A DNA stretch of 64,000 nucleotides from Bacteroidaceae bacterium (GCA_017617575.1 JAFZVY010000048.1:12963-76962), one strand, 5' to 3'; shown: positions 38,222-47,744, counted from the first letter of the stretch. Notes: a model not told the origin generated them from the sequence alone. Made by a program: numbers and translations.

Positions 38222-39292
38222 ATGACACTGATAATAACTTACATGTTATTGTCGCTTGTCATATCGGCACTCTGTTCCGTGTTGGAGGCGACAATACTCT
38301 CAACGCCATTGTCCTTCGTACAGACTCTTGAGAATAATGCTACAAGAGGCTGGCAAAGGCTTAAAGAATACAAACAAAACATTGATAGACCTATATCAGC
38401 AATCCTTATTGTCAATACGATTGCTAATACTATAGGCGCGTCTCTTGTTGGCTCGCAGGCTGCCTTGTATGCTCAGACTCAACTTGCAGATAGCTTTGCC
38501 GCTACATTCGTAGGTATTATCTCTGGTGTATTCACATTCCTTATACTTGTATTTTCTGAGATTGTCCCAAAGACAATCGGTTCCACATACTGGAGGATAT
38601 TGGCTATTCCTGCTGTCAATGTCATCCATGTACTCATTGTCATCACTTATCCGCTTGTATTGCTCCTTGAGGGACTCACTCATGTCGTGTCAAAGGGTAG
38701 CAAGGAACAGGCTGCCGTGAGCCGCGAGGAGGTAGCTGCTATGGTTAACGTGGGTGCTGAGGAAGGCGTTCTTGAGAAGAAGGAGAACAAGATGATTCAG
38801 AACCTGCTGAAGCTTGACAGCGTTACTGCTCACGAGATTATGACTCCGAGCGTTGTCGTCACCATGGCTGGCGAGGACATGACTCTCCGTGAGTTCTATC
38901 AGGATGATGAGTTCAAGAAATACTCTCGCATTCCCGTATATAAGGGTGATGAGAGCGACTACATAACAGGCTATGTCCTTCGCCAGACAATCCTTGAGAG
39001 CCTTGCCGAGGACAAGTTTGACATCAAGCTTGGCGACATTGCACGCCCAATTCTTTCTTTCTCTGAGGACGAGGATGTGGCAGTAATCTGGGAAAAGCTC
39101 TTGGAGAAGAAGGAGCATATCTCCATTATCATCGACGAGTACGGCTGTCTCCGTGGTATCGTGACTATGGAAGACGTAATCGAGACCATGCTTGGCTTCG
39201 AGATTGTTGACGAGAAAGACGAGGTGGTCGATATGCAGGAGCTTGCCAAGGCTCAATGGAGCCAGATGAAGAAACAACAGCACAAGGGGTAG
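38222..39292 (+). CDS. CNNM (DUF21) transmembrane + CBS-pair domain protein (hemolysin-family / putative divalent cation transporter)
   Basis: Four N-terminal TM helices with the EIVPKTIG motif, followed by a CBS pair (AHEIMTP...RIPVY...IIDEYGCLRGIVTMEDVIE). Confidence 0.8.
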   Translation: MTLIITYMLLSLVISALCSVLEATILSTPLSFVQTLENNATRGWQRLKEYKQNIDRPISAILIVNTIANTIGASLVGSQAALYAQTQLADSFAATFVGIISGVFTFLILVFSEIVPKTIGSTYWRILAIPAVNVIHVLIVITYPLVLLLEGLTHVVSKGSKEQAAVSREEVAAMVNVGAEEGVLEKKENKMIQNLLKLDSVTAHEIMTPSVVVTMAGEDMTLREFYQDDEFKKYSRIPVYKGDESDYITGYVLRQTILESLAEDKFDIKLGDIARPILSFSEDEDVAVIWEKLLEKKEHISIIIDEYGCLRGIVTMEDVIETMLGFEIVDEKDEVVDMQELAKAQWSQMKKQQHKG

Positions 39293-39323
39293 GGGATATA
39301 TTGCCCCCTTCAAAAGGATTATA

Positions 39324-39380
39324 AGCGTTGAAAGTGTGACGGATATTTCTGTCAGTTGCACTTTCAACGCTTTTCCTTTG
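39324..39380 (+). terminator. Rho-independent terminator
   Basis: Perfect 13-bp stem AGCGTTGAAAGTG (39324-39336) / CACTTTCAACGCT (39359-39371), followed by TTTTCCTTT. Confidence 0.75.
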
Positions 39381-39519
39381 CCCGTTGCTCTGATGGCTCA
39401 CAATGCTAATCGTGGTTGGCAAATGTGGGGTTAAGCGTAACAAAATGAGTCGTTACCGATAACAAAAGCGTTTTTACTCGGTAAAAATTTTTGTCTATCA
39501 CGGAAAATTCTTTATTTTG

Positions 39520-39590
39520 CCTCGTGGTCTATATATACCGCCTGGTGGTATATATAAACTACGAGGCGGTATATATAGACCACCTCGTGG
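39520..39590. repeat. Palindromic element: 19-bp perfect inverted repeat around a TATATA-rich core
   Basis: GTGGTCTATATATACCGCC (39524-39542) pairs with GGCGGTATATATAGACCAC (39565-39583). CCTCGTGG direct repeats at 39520 and 39583. Weaker symmetry extends to about 39491-39620. Confidence 0.85.
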
Positions 39591-39806
39591 TTTTAAGAAT
39601 TTATTTCGATAGACGTAAGAATCTCTACCGGCTGTTGGTTCTTTTAATCACCATTGCATGATGAAGTTAAGCGTGTGGCAGGAATGAACGAAGCGTATGC
39701 GTGTGGTGGACAGTATCTTTCACGGATACTCCCCACTCAAAAAACATTCGTCATTTTAACTTCTAATATGACTCCATTTTAACTCCCATTTAACTACAAA
39801 AAGACT

Positions 39807-40439
39807 ATGGCACGTTACATTAAACAGGAAATCTTGGACGTTAAGGACCGTTCAAAAAAGAGGTGCTACTATCGCCTTGAAAGTCGTGAATGCATCACTC
39901 AGGACAAGGTTATTGATTATATCTGCCGCCCTGGCAGGTATGGCATTAGCAAGGGCGAGGCAATGTCTGTGCTTACGCACTTTGCCGAAGCTCTGGAGTA
40001 TTTCCTTGCACGTGGTCACAGCGTCCGTATCAACGATGTTGGCGTGTTCTCCCTCTCGCTCGGACTGAAGAAAGGCAGGGCAGCGGAGAACGTTGAAGAT
40101 GGCGAGACGGAGCGTAATGCGCAGAGCATCTGTGTGCGTGGCATCAATCTGCGTGTGGATAAGCGAATGTTGCGCTACTTGAACGACGACTGTCCACTGG
40201 AGCGTGGCAGGACATCGCGCATAAGCCGTTCGCCCTACAGCCGTGAGGAACGCCTGCAGATGGCAAAGGACTTTGTGGCCGAGCATGGTGCCATGCGTGT
40301 TGCCGATTATGTCTCGCTCACGAAGTTGTCCAGAAACAAGGCATGTGCGGAATTGCGCGAGTTTGCCAGCGACGCGACTTCTGGCATCACGTCGTCTGGC
40401 AGGTACAGCACTCTGGTGTATGTCGCTGATAGGAAATGA
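39807..40439 (+). CDS. HU-fold DNA-binding protein with C-terminal wHTH-like domain, paralogue 2
   Basis: MARYIKQEI... and SVRINDVGVFSLSLG align with paralogue 1. C-terminal VADYVSLTKLSRNKACAELREF. Confidence 0.7.
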   Translation: MARYIKQEILDVKDRSKKRCYYRLESRECITQDKVIDYICRPGRYGISKGEAMSVLTHFAEALEYFLARGHSVRINDVGVFSLSLGLKKGRAAENVEDGETERNAQSICVRGINLRVDKRMLRYLNDDCPLERGRTSRISRSPYSREERLQMAKDFVAEHGAMRVADYVSLTKLSRNKACAELREFASDATSGITSSGRYSTLVYVADRK

Positions 40440-40465
40440 GCTTGTGCTTGTTCTTTTGTTATCCC

Positions 40466-41392
40466 TTACAATCGGATTCCGTATTTAATGATACCTTCTG
40501 TCAGCATTCCTTCTGGCATGAATTCCTTGAGGGTATCTGTGATGGTGTTGAGCATTCGCTGGCGCACATAGTCTTCCTTGACGTATAGTGATATGCGACG
40601 CTGGGAAAGGTAGTCGCCATCTATGCGTCGCACGTTGTCGCGTTGCTTGTCTGTGAGGAATGGGAGGTGCATCTCAGGTATGATTGTGAATCCGCCGTTC
40701 TCATCCACGATGCGTATGAGTGTGTCGATGCTTCCTGCCTCGTATATGCGATGCCCCTTGGCACGTGCCTTGCAGAATGAGAAGGCACTGTCGCGCAGGC
40801 ATTGTGCCTCCTTCATTATCCACATGTTCTCGTGCTCGAGGTTCTCTGGCTTGAAGACGGGTAGCTTGCGCCAACAGCTCTCGGCAAGATAGACGTAGAA
40901 TTTCTCCGTGTAGAGTGGAATCTCCAACACGCCCGGACATACGTTGCCTGAGATGGCAATGCCTGCATCTATCTCGCCACGTAGCAAGGCACCGAGCATG
41001 GCGTCTGCCTTCGTCTCGTGTATGGTGAGGTCAACAAAGTCGTATTTCTCCCTGTATTTCTTGATGAACTTAGGCAGGATGTATGGCGCTATGGTTGGAC
41101 CCACGGACAGGGTTAACGCTCCTCCTATCTGTCCTTTGTCCTCTGCCACTATCTCGCCTATGCGACTTGCCTCCATCAATGTTTTTTCTGCCTGACGTAT
41201 TATCTTCTCTCCTGCTGTGGTAGGCGAGACGGACTTGTTTGTGCGCTCAAAGATGCGTACGTCCAGCTCTTCCTCCAGCTTGGCGAGCATTGCGCTCAGT
41301 GTTGGCTGTGATATGTTGCACGATTCGGCCGCCCTCGCAAAATTGCGAAAGCGGTCTATCGCTACTATGTAATGTAATTGCTGTAGGTTCAT
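40466..41392 (-). CDS. oxyR: LysR-family redox regulator OxyR
   Basis: HTH LHYIVAIDRFRNFARAAESCNISQPTLSAMLAKLEEEL. CLRDSAFSFC gives the C-x8-C spacing of the OxyR redox cysteines. The Met at 41392 is preferred to the ORF start at 41503. Confidence 0.8.
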   Translation of the reverse strand: MNLQQLHYIVAIDRFRNFARAAESCNISQPTLSAMLAKLEEELDVRIFERTNKSVSPTTAGEKIIRQAEKTLMEASRIGEIVAEDKGQIGGALTLSVGPTIAPYILPKFIKKYREKYDFVDLTIHETKADAMLGALLRGEIDAGIAISGNVCPGVLEIPLYTEKFYVYLAESCWRKLPVFKPENLEHENMWIMKEAQCLRDSAFSFCKARAKGHRIYEAGSIDTLIRIVDENGGFTIIPEMHLPFLTDKQRDNVRRIDGDYLSQRRISLYVKEDYVRQRMLNTITDTLKEFMPEGMLTEGIIKYGIRL

Positions 41393-41599
41393 AGGTTGTT
41401 GCGGTTGTGCGGTTATGCGGTAGGACGTTATTTTAATGGCTGTTAGGTTATGCGTTTTTACGGTAAGTCGCTGATTGGTTTCTGATATGCGTTTGTTTCG
41501 CATAATTGTTTGTGTTGTGGCTATGTCTCACCTTTCTGCAATCTACCGTAACTACGTCTTACCGTATCCCAGTTCTACTCGTCCTACCGTATAACCGTC

Positions 41600-41893
41600 C
41601 TAAAATCCCTCTATCACTCTCTTCAACTCTTCGAGTGGCATTGCTCCACTTTGACGCCAGAGTACCTGACCGCCACGGAAGAGCATCAACGTTGGAACGG
41701 ATTGGATGCGATAGACATCCGACAGCTCTGCGTTCTTGTCAACGTCAAGCTTGAGTATTCTTACCTTGTCACCCATATCCTCCTTGAGTTGCTCAAGTAT
41801 AGGGTGCATGTGCTTGCAAGGGCCACACCATGTGGCGAAGAAGTCAACCAACACAAGCTGGTTTCCGTTTATGATTTCATTAAATTTTTCCAT
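41600..41893 (-). CDS. trxA: Thioredoxin
   Basis: WCGPC active site, 97 aa. Confidence 0.88.
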   Translation of the reverse strand: MEKFNEIINGNQLVLVDFFATWCGPCKHMHPILEQLKEDMGDKVRILKLDVDKNAELSDVYRIQSVPTLMLFRGGQVLWRQSGAMPLEELKRVIEGF

Positions 41894-41976
41894 AAGCTCT
41901 TGAAGCCCTCTTTCCTTCTTTCTCCTTTTGTGGGAGATGAAGACATCGGGTCGTTATTGGTTAATACTTGTTTCAT

Positions 41977-42585
41977 TTATTTCTTTCCCTCTGTGAGGGT
42001 GGGTGTTGTGCTAGTCTTTGCTTTGCAAATCATCTGCGTCATGTTTCCCATTGGGCAGAAAACGCACCATGTACGTGGACGATAGATTACGGTGAGTATT
42101 ACTCCCACGATGAGTGAGGTGAGCATGATGCCGTAGAGTCCGAAGGCAAACTGTGCCTTCCATGGGTCAATCTCCACTGGATAAGCCCAATGCCATGGTA
42201 CGTCGAACGTCCATAACAGATGAATCGTCTCGTGTAGCGTCTCCACTCCGTTTGCAACCTGAACGGTCAGCCATATCATCTGAATGAAGAAGAAGAGGAA
42301 GAACACAAGGAAACCGTTTCTGAACCACTTGGACGACAACCAACGTGGTGCTACCTTCTTGCGTGACCATCCAAGCGTGTTGCCAATCTGTAGGAACAGT
42401 TGCCCACGACCGCAATAGGTGTTGCAATAGCCTTTGCCGCCCCCGAATATTGCCATGAGCAGCGGAATCATGAAACAGATTACGCCCAGCCATGCAAATA
42501 CGATGTTGAAGAATCCAAGTGTGAAGTATGTTGCCGATACTATCCAGAGATAGTCACTCCATTTCTTTGCTTTCTTTTTTGCCAT
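41977..42585 (-). CDS. Integral membrane protein with Cys motifs (4Fe-4S-binding-like, NapH/NosR-related?)
   Basis: About 5 TM segments. Motifs GYCNTYCGRG and WCVFCPMG. Confidence 0.55.
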   Translation of the reverse strand: MAKKKAKKWSDYLWIVSATYFTLGFFNIVFAWLGVICFMIPLLMAIFGGGKGYCNTYCGRGQLFLQIGNTLGWSRKKVAPRWLSSKWFRNGFLVFFLFFFIQMIWLTVQVANGVETLHETIHLLWTFDVPWHWAYPVEIDPWKAQFAFGLYGIMLTSLIVGVILTVIYRPRTWCVFCPMGNMTQMICKAKTSTTPTLTEGKK

Positions 42586-42701
42586 AAGTTTGTTTTGAGT
42601 TTTTAAGTTCTTGAGTTTATAAGTTTTTTAGTTGTTGTGGAAAACTTGAACTCTTGAACCATTGAACCATTGAACCATTGAACTTTTGAATGCGTGAACC
42701 T

Positions 42702-42899
42702 TTATACTCTGTCCTTTCTGTGCATCACTCCTGCCGGGCAGTTCTTTTCACATATTCCGCAACCGATGCATGCATTTTCGTCAACTACCGCATAGCAACC
42801 CTTGTAAATGCTTATCGCATCGCGGGGACACACATTCATGCAAACGCCACAAGCTACGCAACGCTCACGCTCATTCTCTGCAATATATTTTGATGCCAT
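42702..42899 (-). CDS. 2x[4Fe-4S] ferredoxin
   Basis: CVACGVCMNVCP and CIGCGICEKNCP motifs in 65 aa. Confidence 0.88.
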   Translation of the reverse strand: MASKYIAENERERCVACGVCMNVCPRDAISIYKGCYAVVDENACIGCGICEKNCPAGVMHRKDRV

Positions 42900-42901
42900 G
42901 T

Positions 42902-43294
42902 TTATACCTCCTTTTCTAATACGTCTTCGAGGAACTCACTTGCGTCAGCCACACATAGCGGACACTCACGAAGAACCTTGCCCGTGCCCACGCCCTTGAG
43001 GCATTTGCATTGTGTTGAGCCGTTACGCTTCTGAAACTCCTCCATAATATACTTCATTCCCTTGACGGATTTTGCCTTGTCCTTGGTGGCAAGTCCGAGA
43101 ACGACACCTGCCCCCACTATTGCGCCACATGTTCCTTCCATGTTGCCCATGCCAGCCGCGAAGCTGTTGCCCACATTCTTTATTGTCTCTGCATCAAGTC
43201 CCGTGTAGTCGCAATAGGTACACATGACGGCTTGTGCGCAATTATGAGAGCCACATCGCTTCATCTCAGCTGCTATTTCTTTTCTGCTATTCAT
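42902..43294 (-). CDS. C_GCAxxG_C_C family redox-active protein
   Basis: Motifs RCGSHNCAQAVMC, EGTCGAIVGAG and C-terminal C..C..C. The Met at 43294 is preferred because a TTTG-N20-TATCTTTG promoter lies just upstream of it, inside the longer ORF. Confidence 0.75.
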   Translation of the reverse strand: MNSRKEIAAEMKRCGSHNCAQAVMCTYCDYTGLDAETIKNVGNSFAAGMGNMEGTCGAIVGAGVVLGLATKDKAKSVKGMKYIMEEFQKRNGSTQCKCLKGVGTGKVLRECPLCVADASEFLEDVLEKEV

Positions 43295-43317
43295 ATCGTT
43301 CCTTTTTGATTTCGATG

Positions 43318-43349
43318 CAAAGATACGTGTTTTATAATAGACGAACAAA
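43318..43349 (-). promoter_or_regulatory. Bacteroidota-type promoter for the C_GCAxxG-ferredoxin operon
   Basis: Minus strand reads TTTG (43349-43346), 20 nt spacer, TATCTTTG (43325-43318). The motif ends 23 nt upstream of the ATG at 43294. Confidence 0.5.
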
Positions 43350-43415
43350 CGATTGTGTTTATGACACGATAGGTTAAATCTATCACAAGGGTGCGCTTTG
43401 TTAATAAATAAATAC

Positions 43416-43453
43416 AAAAAGCGACGCGCTCTCGCATTGGAAAGCACGTCGCT
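43416..43453 (-). terminator. Rho-independent terminator of the cstA operon
   Basis: Minus strand reads AGCGACGTGC...GCGCGTCGCT (9 of 10 pairs), followed by TTTTT. Confidence 0.65.
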
Positions 43454-43499
43454 ATAAGTGTAATACTGTTTAGCCATATTTGACTAAACAAGCCTGCCG

Positions 43500-43982
43500 T
43501 TAGAAGTACCAGCCGAGACCTAAGGAGAAGCCGATGCGGCTCTTTTCCTTGAAGTCGGAGAAGCTGAGGTCGTAGTAGATGCTTGGTTGCAAGGTGAGAT
43601 TACCATTGAGGAAGTAGCAGTAGCCAACCTCTGGAGTAGCCTGGAAGTCGTTGTTGTCGCTGAACTCGCGGAGGAAACGTGTTCCTGCACCAATGAATAC
43701 TCCGCTGTCGGCAACGAAATAGCGCAACTTTGCTCCTACGCTAAGTGTCCTTAGGTCATTGTATGTGTAATCGAAACCAAGGTGACCGATGATGAGGAGG
43801 TTGTCTGCCACGCAATAGCCGGCGTTGCCACCAATCTTCATTGTAAAGTCGGACTCTTGGCTGTACGACACACCAAATCCGTTGATGTCAGCTCCGAGAT
43901 ACTTCGTTCCCTTCTCAAATTGGGCAAATGACGCTGTGGTGCATGCAAATGCAAGCGCAAAGATTGTTAATAGCTTTCTCAT
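43500..43982 (-). CDS. Small outer-membrane beta-barrel protein (OmpW/OMP_b-brl-like)
   Basis: Signal peptide present. Alternating aromatic beta-strand pattern. C-terminal ...GLGWYF. Confidence 0.7.
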   Translation of the reverse strand: MRKLLTIFALAFACTTASFAQFEKGTKYLGADINGFGVSYSQESDFTMKIGGNAGYCVADNLLIIGHLGFDYTYNDLRTLSVGAKLRYFVADSGVFIGAGTRFLREFSDNNDFQATPEVGYCYFLNGNLTLQPSIYYDLSFSDFKEKSRIGFSLGLGWYF

Positions 43983-44224
43983 TTTTCTTTATCATTTAAT
44001 TGTTCTCTTTCCTTGGCAAGCGCATCCTTCTTTTTCAGCGCGGCATAGAGACCGCAACAGATAATGACGTACAATCCCATGTTTGGAAGGTTGTCCGTCC
44101 ATGCGTTCCAAGTCAATCCGTAGTATAAATAGAACGCCAAGCCAACACAGAAGAAGGCTATTGGCATCCAAATGTATCTTTTCATTTTGCTTGTTCTCCT
44201 TTCTTGTTTTTGTTCTTTTCCCAA
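43979..44224 (-). CDS. Small two-TM membrane protein downstream of cstA
   Basis: 81 aa with two hydrophobic helices. 4-nt overlap with the OMP gene. Confidence 0.5.
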   Translation of the reverse strand: MGKEQKQERRTSKMKRYIWMPIAFFCVGLAFYLYYGLTWNAWTDNLPNMGLYVIICCGLYAALKKKDALAKEREQLNDKEK

Positions 44225-44228
44225 GGAG

Positions 44229-45737
44229 TTAGTTCTCCTTAGTCACTTTTATGATTTTATATGAAAATACACATAATATTGCTACCGTGAGTACAAGGCC
44301 GCCAATTACTCCTACTGTAGAGTCGAGGCTGAATCCTTCTGGCGCAATGATGATGTAGGATGTGCAGATAAGCGTCATCCAGCAAGCTGGTATGAGCGTA
44401 CACAGCCATCCGTATCTAAGCAAGCCTGTATGCGCCTTGCAGTTGTTTACGAGCCATATTGTCACTGCCCATAGAGTGAATACGGATAATGTCTGGTTGA
44501 ACCAAGCGAAGTAACGCCACAAGATTGAGAAGTCGATGCACATAAGCACTCCTGCTACGACGAAGATTGGCACGGAGAGTATGAGACGCTTGTAAATCTT
44601 GTTCTGCTTGTAGTGCATGAAGTCGGCTGCAATAAGTCGGGCGCAACGGAAAGCCGTGTCTCCACTTGTAATAGGTGCTGCCACGACGCCAAGCACGGCA
44701 AGTATTGCTCCTACAGTTCCGAGCCATGAAGAGCATATGGTGTTGACAAGGACGGCTGGGTTAGGTCCTGTCTCTCCTCCGTTTGTCATGATTGCCCATA
44801 GCTTCTCGTAAGGTGTTGCACCTTCGCCCATGCCAAACTTACTCACGTCAAATGAGTCGGCAAACTTAATGGCTGCCGCAGCCCATATAAGAGCCACAAG
44901 TCCCTCTGTTATCATCGCTCCATAGAATATTGGGCGACCATACTTCTCGTTCTTGAGACAACGAGCCATCATTGGGCTTTGTGTGGCGTGGAAACCACTT
45001 ACTGCACCGCAGGCAATGGTGATGCAGATGCCTGGGAACAGGGGAATGGTGCTGTGAGGGTGGTGGTTGGTGAATGCTTCCGTAATCTCAGGCATCGAAC
45101 CGCTCTGGGTAAAGATACCCATACCTACGCCTACTGCCATGATAAGGAGTGCCACTCCGAATACTGGGTAAATCTTTCCTATAAGTTTGTCGATAGGAAG
45201 AAGCGTGGCGAGTATGTAGTATGTAAATATTATGACAACCCAGATTACACTCTGGCTGAAATAGTTGCTGCCTCCACAGATGTTGGCAAGCAAGCCTGCT
45301 GGAGTCGTCACAAACACGGCTCCCACAAGAACCATGAGAATGAGCGAGAGGACACGCATCACAAAACGTACCTGCACTCCAAGTTCATCACCTACTATCT
45401 CAGGAAGACTCGCTCCGTTCCTACGGATGCTAATCATTCCGCTCATGTAGTCGTGTACCGCTCCGCCGAATACACAACCCAATACAATCCAAATATATGC
45501 TGAGGGTCCGAATAGGATACCCTGTATTGCTCCAAAAATAGGTCCCGTGCCTGCTATGTTAAGAAATTGAATCAGGAAAACCTTCCATGTTGGCATTGGG
45601 ATGTAATCTACTCCATCGTTCGACGTGTAACATGGAGTTTTTCTGTTTGGGTCGCTTTCGAACACTTTATTTACGAGCGCTCCGTAAAATGCGTACCCCA
45701 TCATCAGTAAAAGTACCGAAATGATAAATGTGTACAT
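44229..45737 (-). CDS. cstA: Carbon starvation protein A (peptide/pyruvate transporter family)
   Basis: Polytopic 502 aa protein. NIAGTGPIFGAIQG motif typical of CstA. Confidence 0.88.
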   Translation of the reverse strand: MYTFIISVLLLMMGYAFYGALVNKVFESDPNRKTPCYTSNDGVDYIPMPTWKVFLIQFLNIAGTGPIFGAIQGILFGPSAYIWIVLGCVFGGAVHDYMSGMISIRRNGASLPEIVGDELGVQVRFVMRVLSLILMVLVGAVFVTTPAGLLANICGGSNYFSQSVIWVVIIFTYYILATLLPIDKLIGKIYPVFGVALLIMAVGVGMGIFTQSGSMPEITEAFTNHHPHSTIPLFPGICITIACGAVSGFHATQSPMMARCLKNEKYGRPIFYGAMITEGLVALIWAAAAIKFADSFDVSKFGMGEGATPYEKLWAIMTNGGETGPNPAVLVNTICSSWLGTVGAILAVLGVVAAPITSGDTAFRCARLIAADFMHYKQNKIYKRLILSVPIFVVAGVLMCIDFSILWRYFAWFNQTLSVFTLWAVTIWLVNNCKAHTGLLRYGWLCTLIPACWMTLICTSYIIIAPEGFSLDSTVGVIGGLVLTVAILCVFSYKIIKVTKEN

Positions 45738-45869
45738 GATTGTTGACTTTTTAGTGTTTTAATGTGTTTCGTATTGTTGTTTTAACATATACTTTTATGA
45801 AATATGTTAATTGTTGGCGCAAAATTAGTAAATATATGTTATCTTTGCAAGCAAATATAGATATTAGTA

Positions 45870-47744
45870 ATGAAATATAATAGCAACAGAATCCTTTTGC
45901 TTACATTTGCAATAATGCAGATGGCATTGGCAAACGCACAGAAAACGATATTTTCGTATAACAACCCACAGCCGCTTCACGAAGTCCGTGCTGTATGGCT
46001 TACGACAAAGCAAAGCCTCGACTGGCCAAAGACAAAGGCCACGGAAGCAAGAAGCATCCAGCGTCAGAAACAGGAACTTAGAGATATCCTTGACGATCTT
46101 AACTACGTTCACATCAATACGGTCATACTTCAGACACGTATAAGGGGAAGCGTAATTTACCCATCAAAGTACGAGCCTTGGGATGCGTGCCTCACAGGTA
46201 CTCCGGGCAAAGACCCTGGTTACGACCCACTCCAGTTCTGCATAGACGAGTGTCATGCACGTGGTATGGAGTGCCACGCTTGGGTGGTTTCCATCCCTCT
46301 TGACAAGCAGAATGTACAGAACTCATACGGTGACGCTTCCGTGGCAAGCAAGCATCCAGAGCTTTGCCGTACTGCTGGCGAGGAGATGTTCATGCTACCT
46401 GGCAATCCTGCCACGGCAGACTACATTGCCAACATCTGCCGCGAGATAACTGAGAAGTATGACATCGACGGAATAAGCCTTGATTACATCCGTTATCCAG
46501 AGAGCCTTTACAAGTTCTCTGATGACGACCTCAAGGGAGAGACAACAAAGAGCACTTCTGCTTGGAGACGTGACAACATAACACGCATCGTGCGTGCCGT
46601 CCACAATAAGGTTAAGGCAGTAAAGCCTTGGGTGAAGCTTAGTAGTAGTCCTATTGGTCGCTATCGTAACCTCAAGAGTAACCCTACACCGGGTTGGAAC
46701 TGCATGGATGGTGGTTACCAGAATCCTGTGGCATGGCTCAAGGAAGGCATTCAGGATATGATTTTCCCTATGATGTACTGGAAGGGCGAGAACTTCTACC
46801 GCAGCATGTATGACTGGGCAGAGAACTCGTATAAGAGACCAGTGTGTCCGGGACTTGGAATCTATTTCCTCGACCCAAGGGAGTCAAACAACAATCCTTG
46901 GGACATCAACGACGTTCGCGCGGAGATGTTTGCCGCAAGAAACAGGGAGATGGGAGGAGTGGCACTCTATCGTAGCGACTTTCTCACGCGTGACTGTGGA
47001 GGACTCTTCAACTGTTGCTATGAGGAGTTGTTCATGTACCCTTCACTCACAACGAGAATGACGTGGGAGGGTGACACCATTGCCCCTTCAAAGCCACAGA
47101 ACATGCACTTCACGGCAAGCCGACTCAGTTGGGATGCTTCTACGGATTACTGTCCATCGTCAGTGGTTATCCCTGCGTCAAAGGACAACTACGTGACGTA
47201 CAATATCTACGGCTCTGACAAGTTCCCAGTTGACACTCGTAAGGCTGAGAACCTCCTTTGTTCACGCGTTATGTCACGTGCTTTCAATATTGAGAACATT
47301 TCCGCAACAAAGAAATACTTTGCCGTAACTGCCGTTGACCGTTTTGGCAACGAGAGCGAACCTGCTACAGGAACATACGACGGCAAGGATGTGTGTCGCA
47401 ACCTTGACGTCAGAAGTCTCATCAATAACACATACCAGACAGCCATACCTGTAATGCCAGAGATGGATCTTGCATCGTATGACCCTTCAAAGTATGACTC
47501 GGAGACAGACTTCGACCTTAGCAACCTTGACATGAGCAATGCCATCATCACAAACCGTGGCATGACTGACAAGTTCCGTCCACGCGAGCGACTCGTGCTC
47601 GTGCGTAGGGACAGCCGAAGTATCATTGAGGAGGCTCCTAAGAAGCGTCTTTCCATTACTGCTCGTAACAACCTCCGCAAGAAGGCAAGACGCGAGGCAA
47701 AGGAGAGGGCAAAGGAAATGAGCAATAAGGAAAAGGATGAATAA
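45870..47744 (+). CDS. Glycoside-hydrolase-like family 10 (GHL10/DUF187) secreted protein with a long C-terminal extension and basic tail
   Basis: Signal peptide present. HEVRAVWLTT...DWP N-terminal pattern of the GHL10 family. The last ~60 aa are R/K-rich. Confidence 0.65.
   Translation: MKYNSNRILLLTFAIMQMALANAQKTIFSYNNPQPLHEVRAVWLTTKQSLDWPKTKATEARSIQRQKQELRDILDDLNYVHINTVILQTRIRGSVIYPSKYEPWDACLTGTPGKDPGYDPLQFCIDECHARGMECHAWVVSIPLDKQNVQNSYGDASVASKHPELCRTAGEEMFMLPGNPATADYIANICREITEKYDIDGISLDYIRYPESLYKFSDDDLKGETTKSTSAWRRDNITRIVRAVHNKVKAVKPWVKLSSSPIGRYRNLKSNPTPGWNCMDGGYQNPVAWLKEGIQDMIFPMMYWKGENFYRSMYDWAENSYKRPVCPGLGIYFLDPRESNNNPWDINDVRAEMFAARNREMGGVALYRSDFLTRDCGGLFNCCYEELFMYPSLTTRMTWEGDTIAPSKPQNMHFTASRLSWDASTDYCPSSVVIPASKDNYVTYNIYGSDKFPVDTRKAENLLCSRVMSRAFNIENISATKKYFAVTAVDRFGNESEPATGTYDGKDVCRNLDVRSLINNTYQTAIPVMPEMDLASYDPSKYDSETDFDLSNLDMSNAIITNRGMTDKFRPRERLVLVRRDSRSIIEEAPKKRLSITARNNLRKKARREAKERAKEMSNKEKDE

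Noticed and set aside
38690-39367. 225-aa minus-strand ORF
   Set aside because: It is an antisense shadow of the CNNM/CBS gene and runs through its terminator hairpin.
41393-41503. N-terminal extensions of ORFs. These are OxyR to 41503, C_GCAxxG to 43477, C11 to 61060, DUF4886-like from 23611, GT4 from 21808, pth to 2252 and aminopeptidase from 49058.
   Set aside because: Internal Met codons give canonical N-termini (an HTH, a lipobox, a signal peptide or a family start). They also avoid overlaps with upstream genes or promoters.
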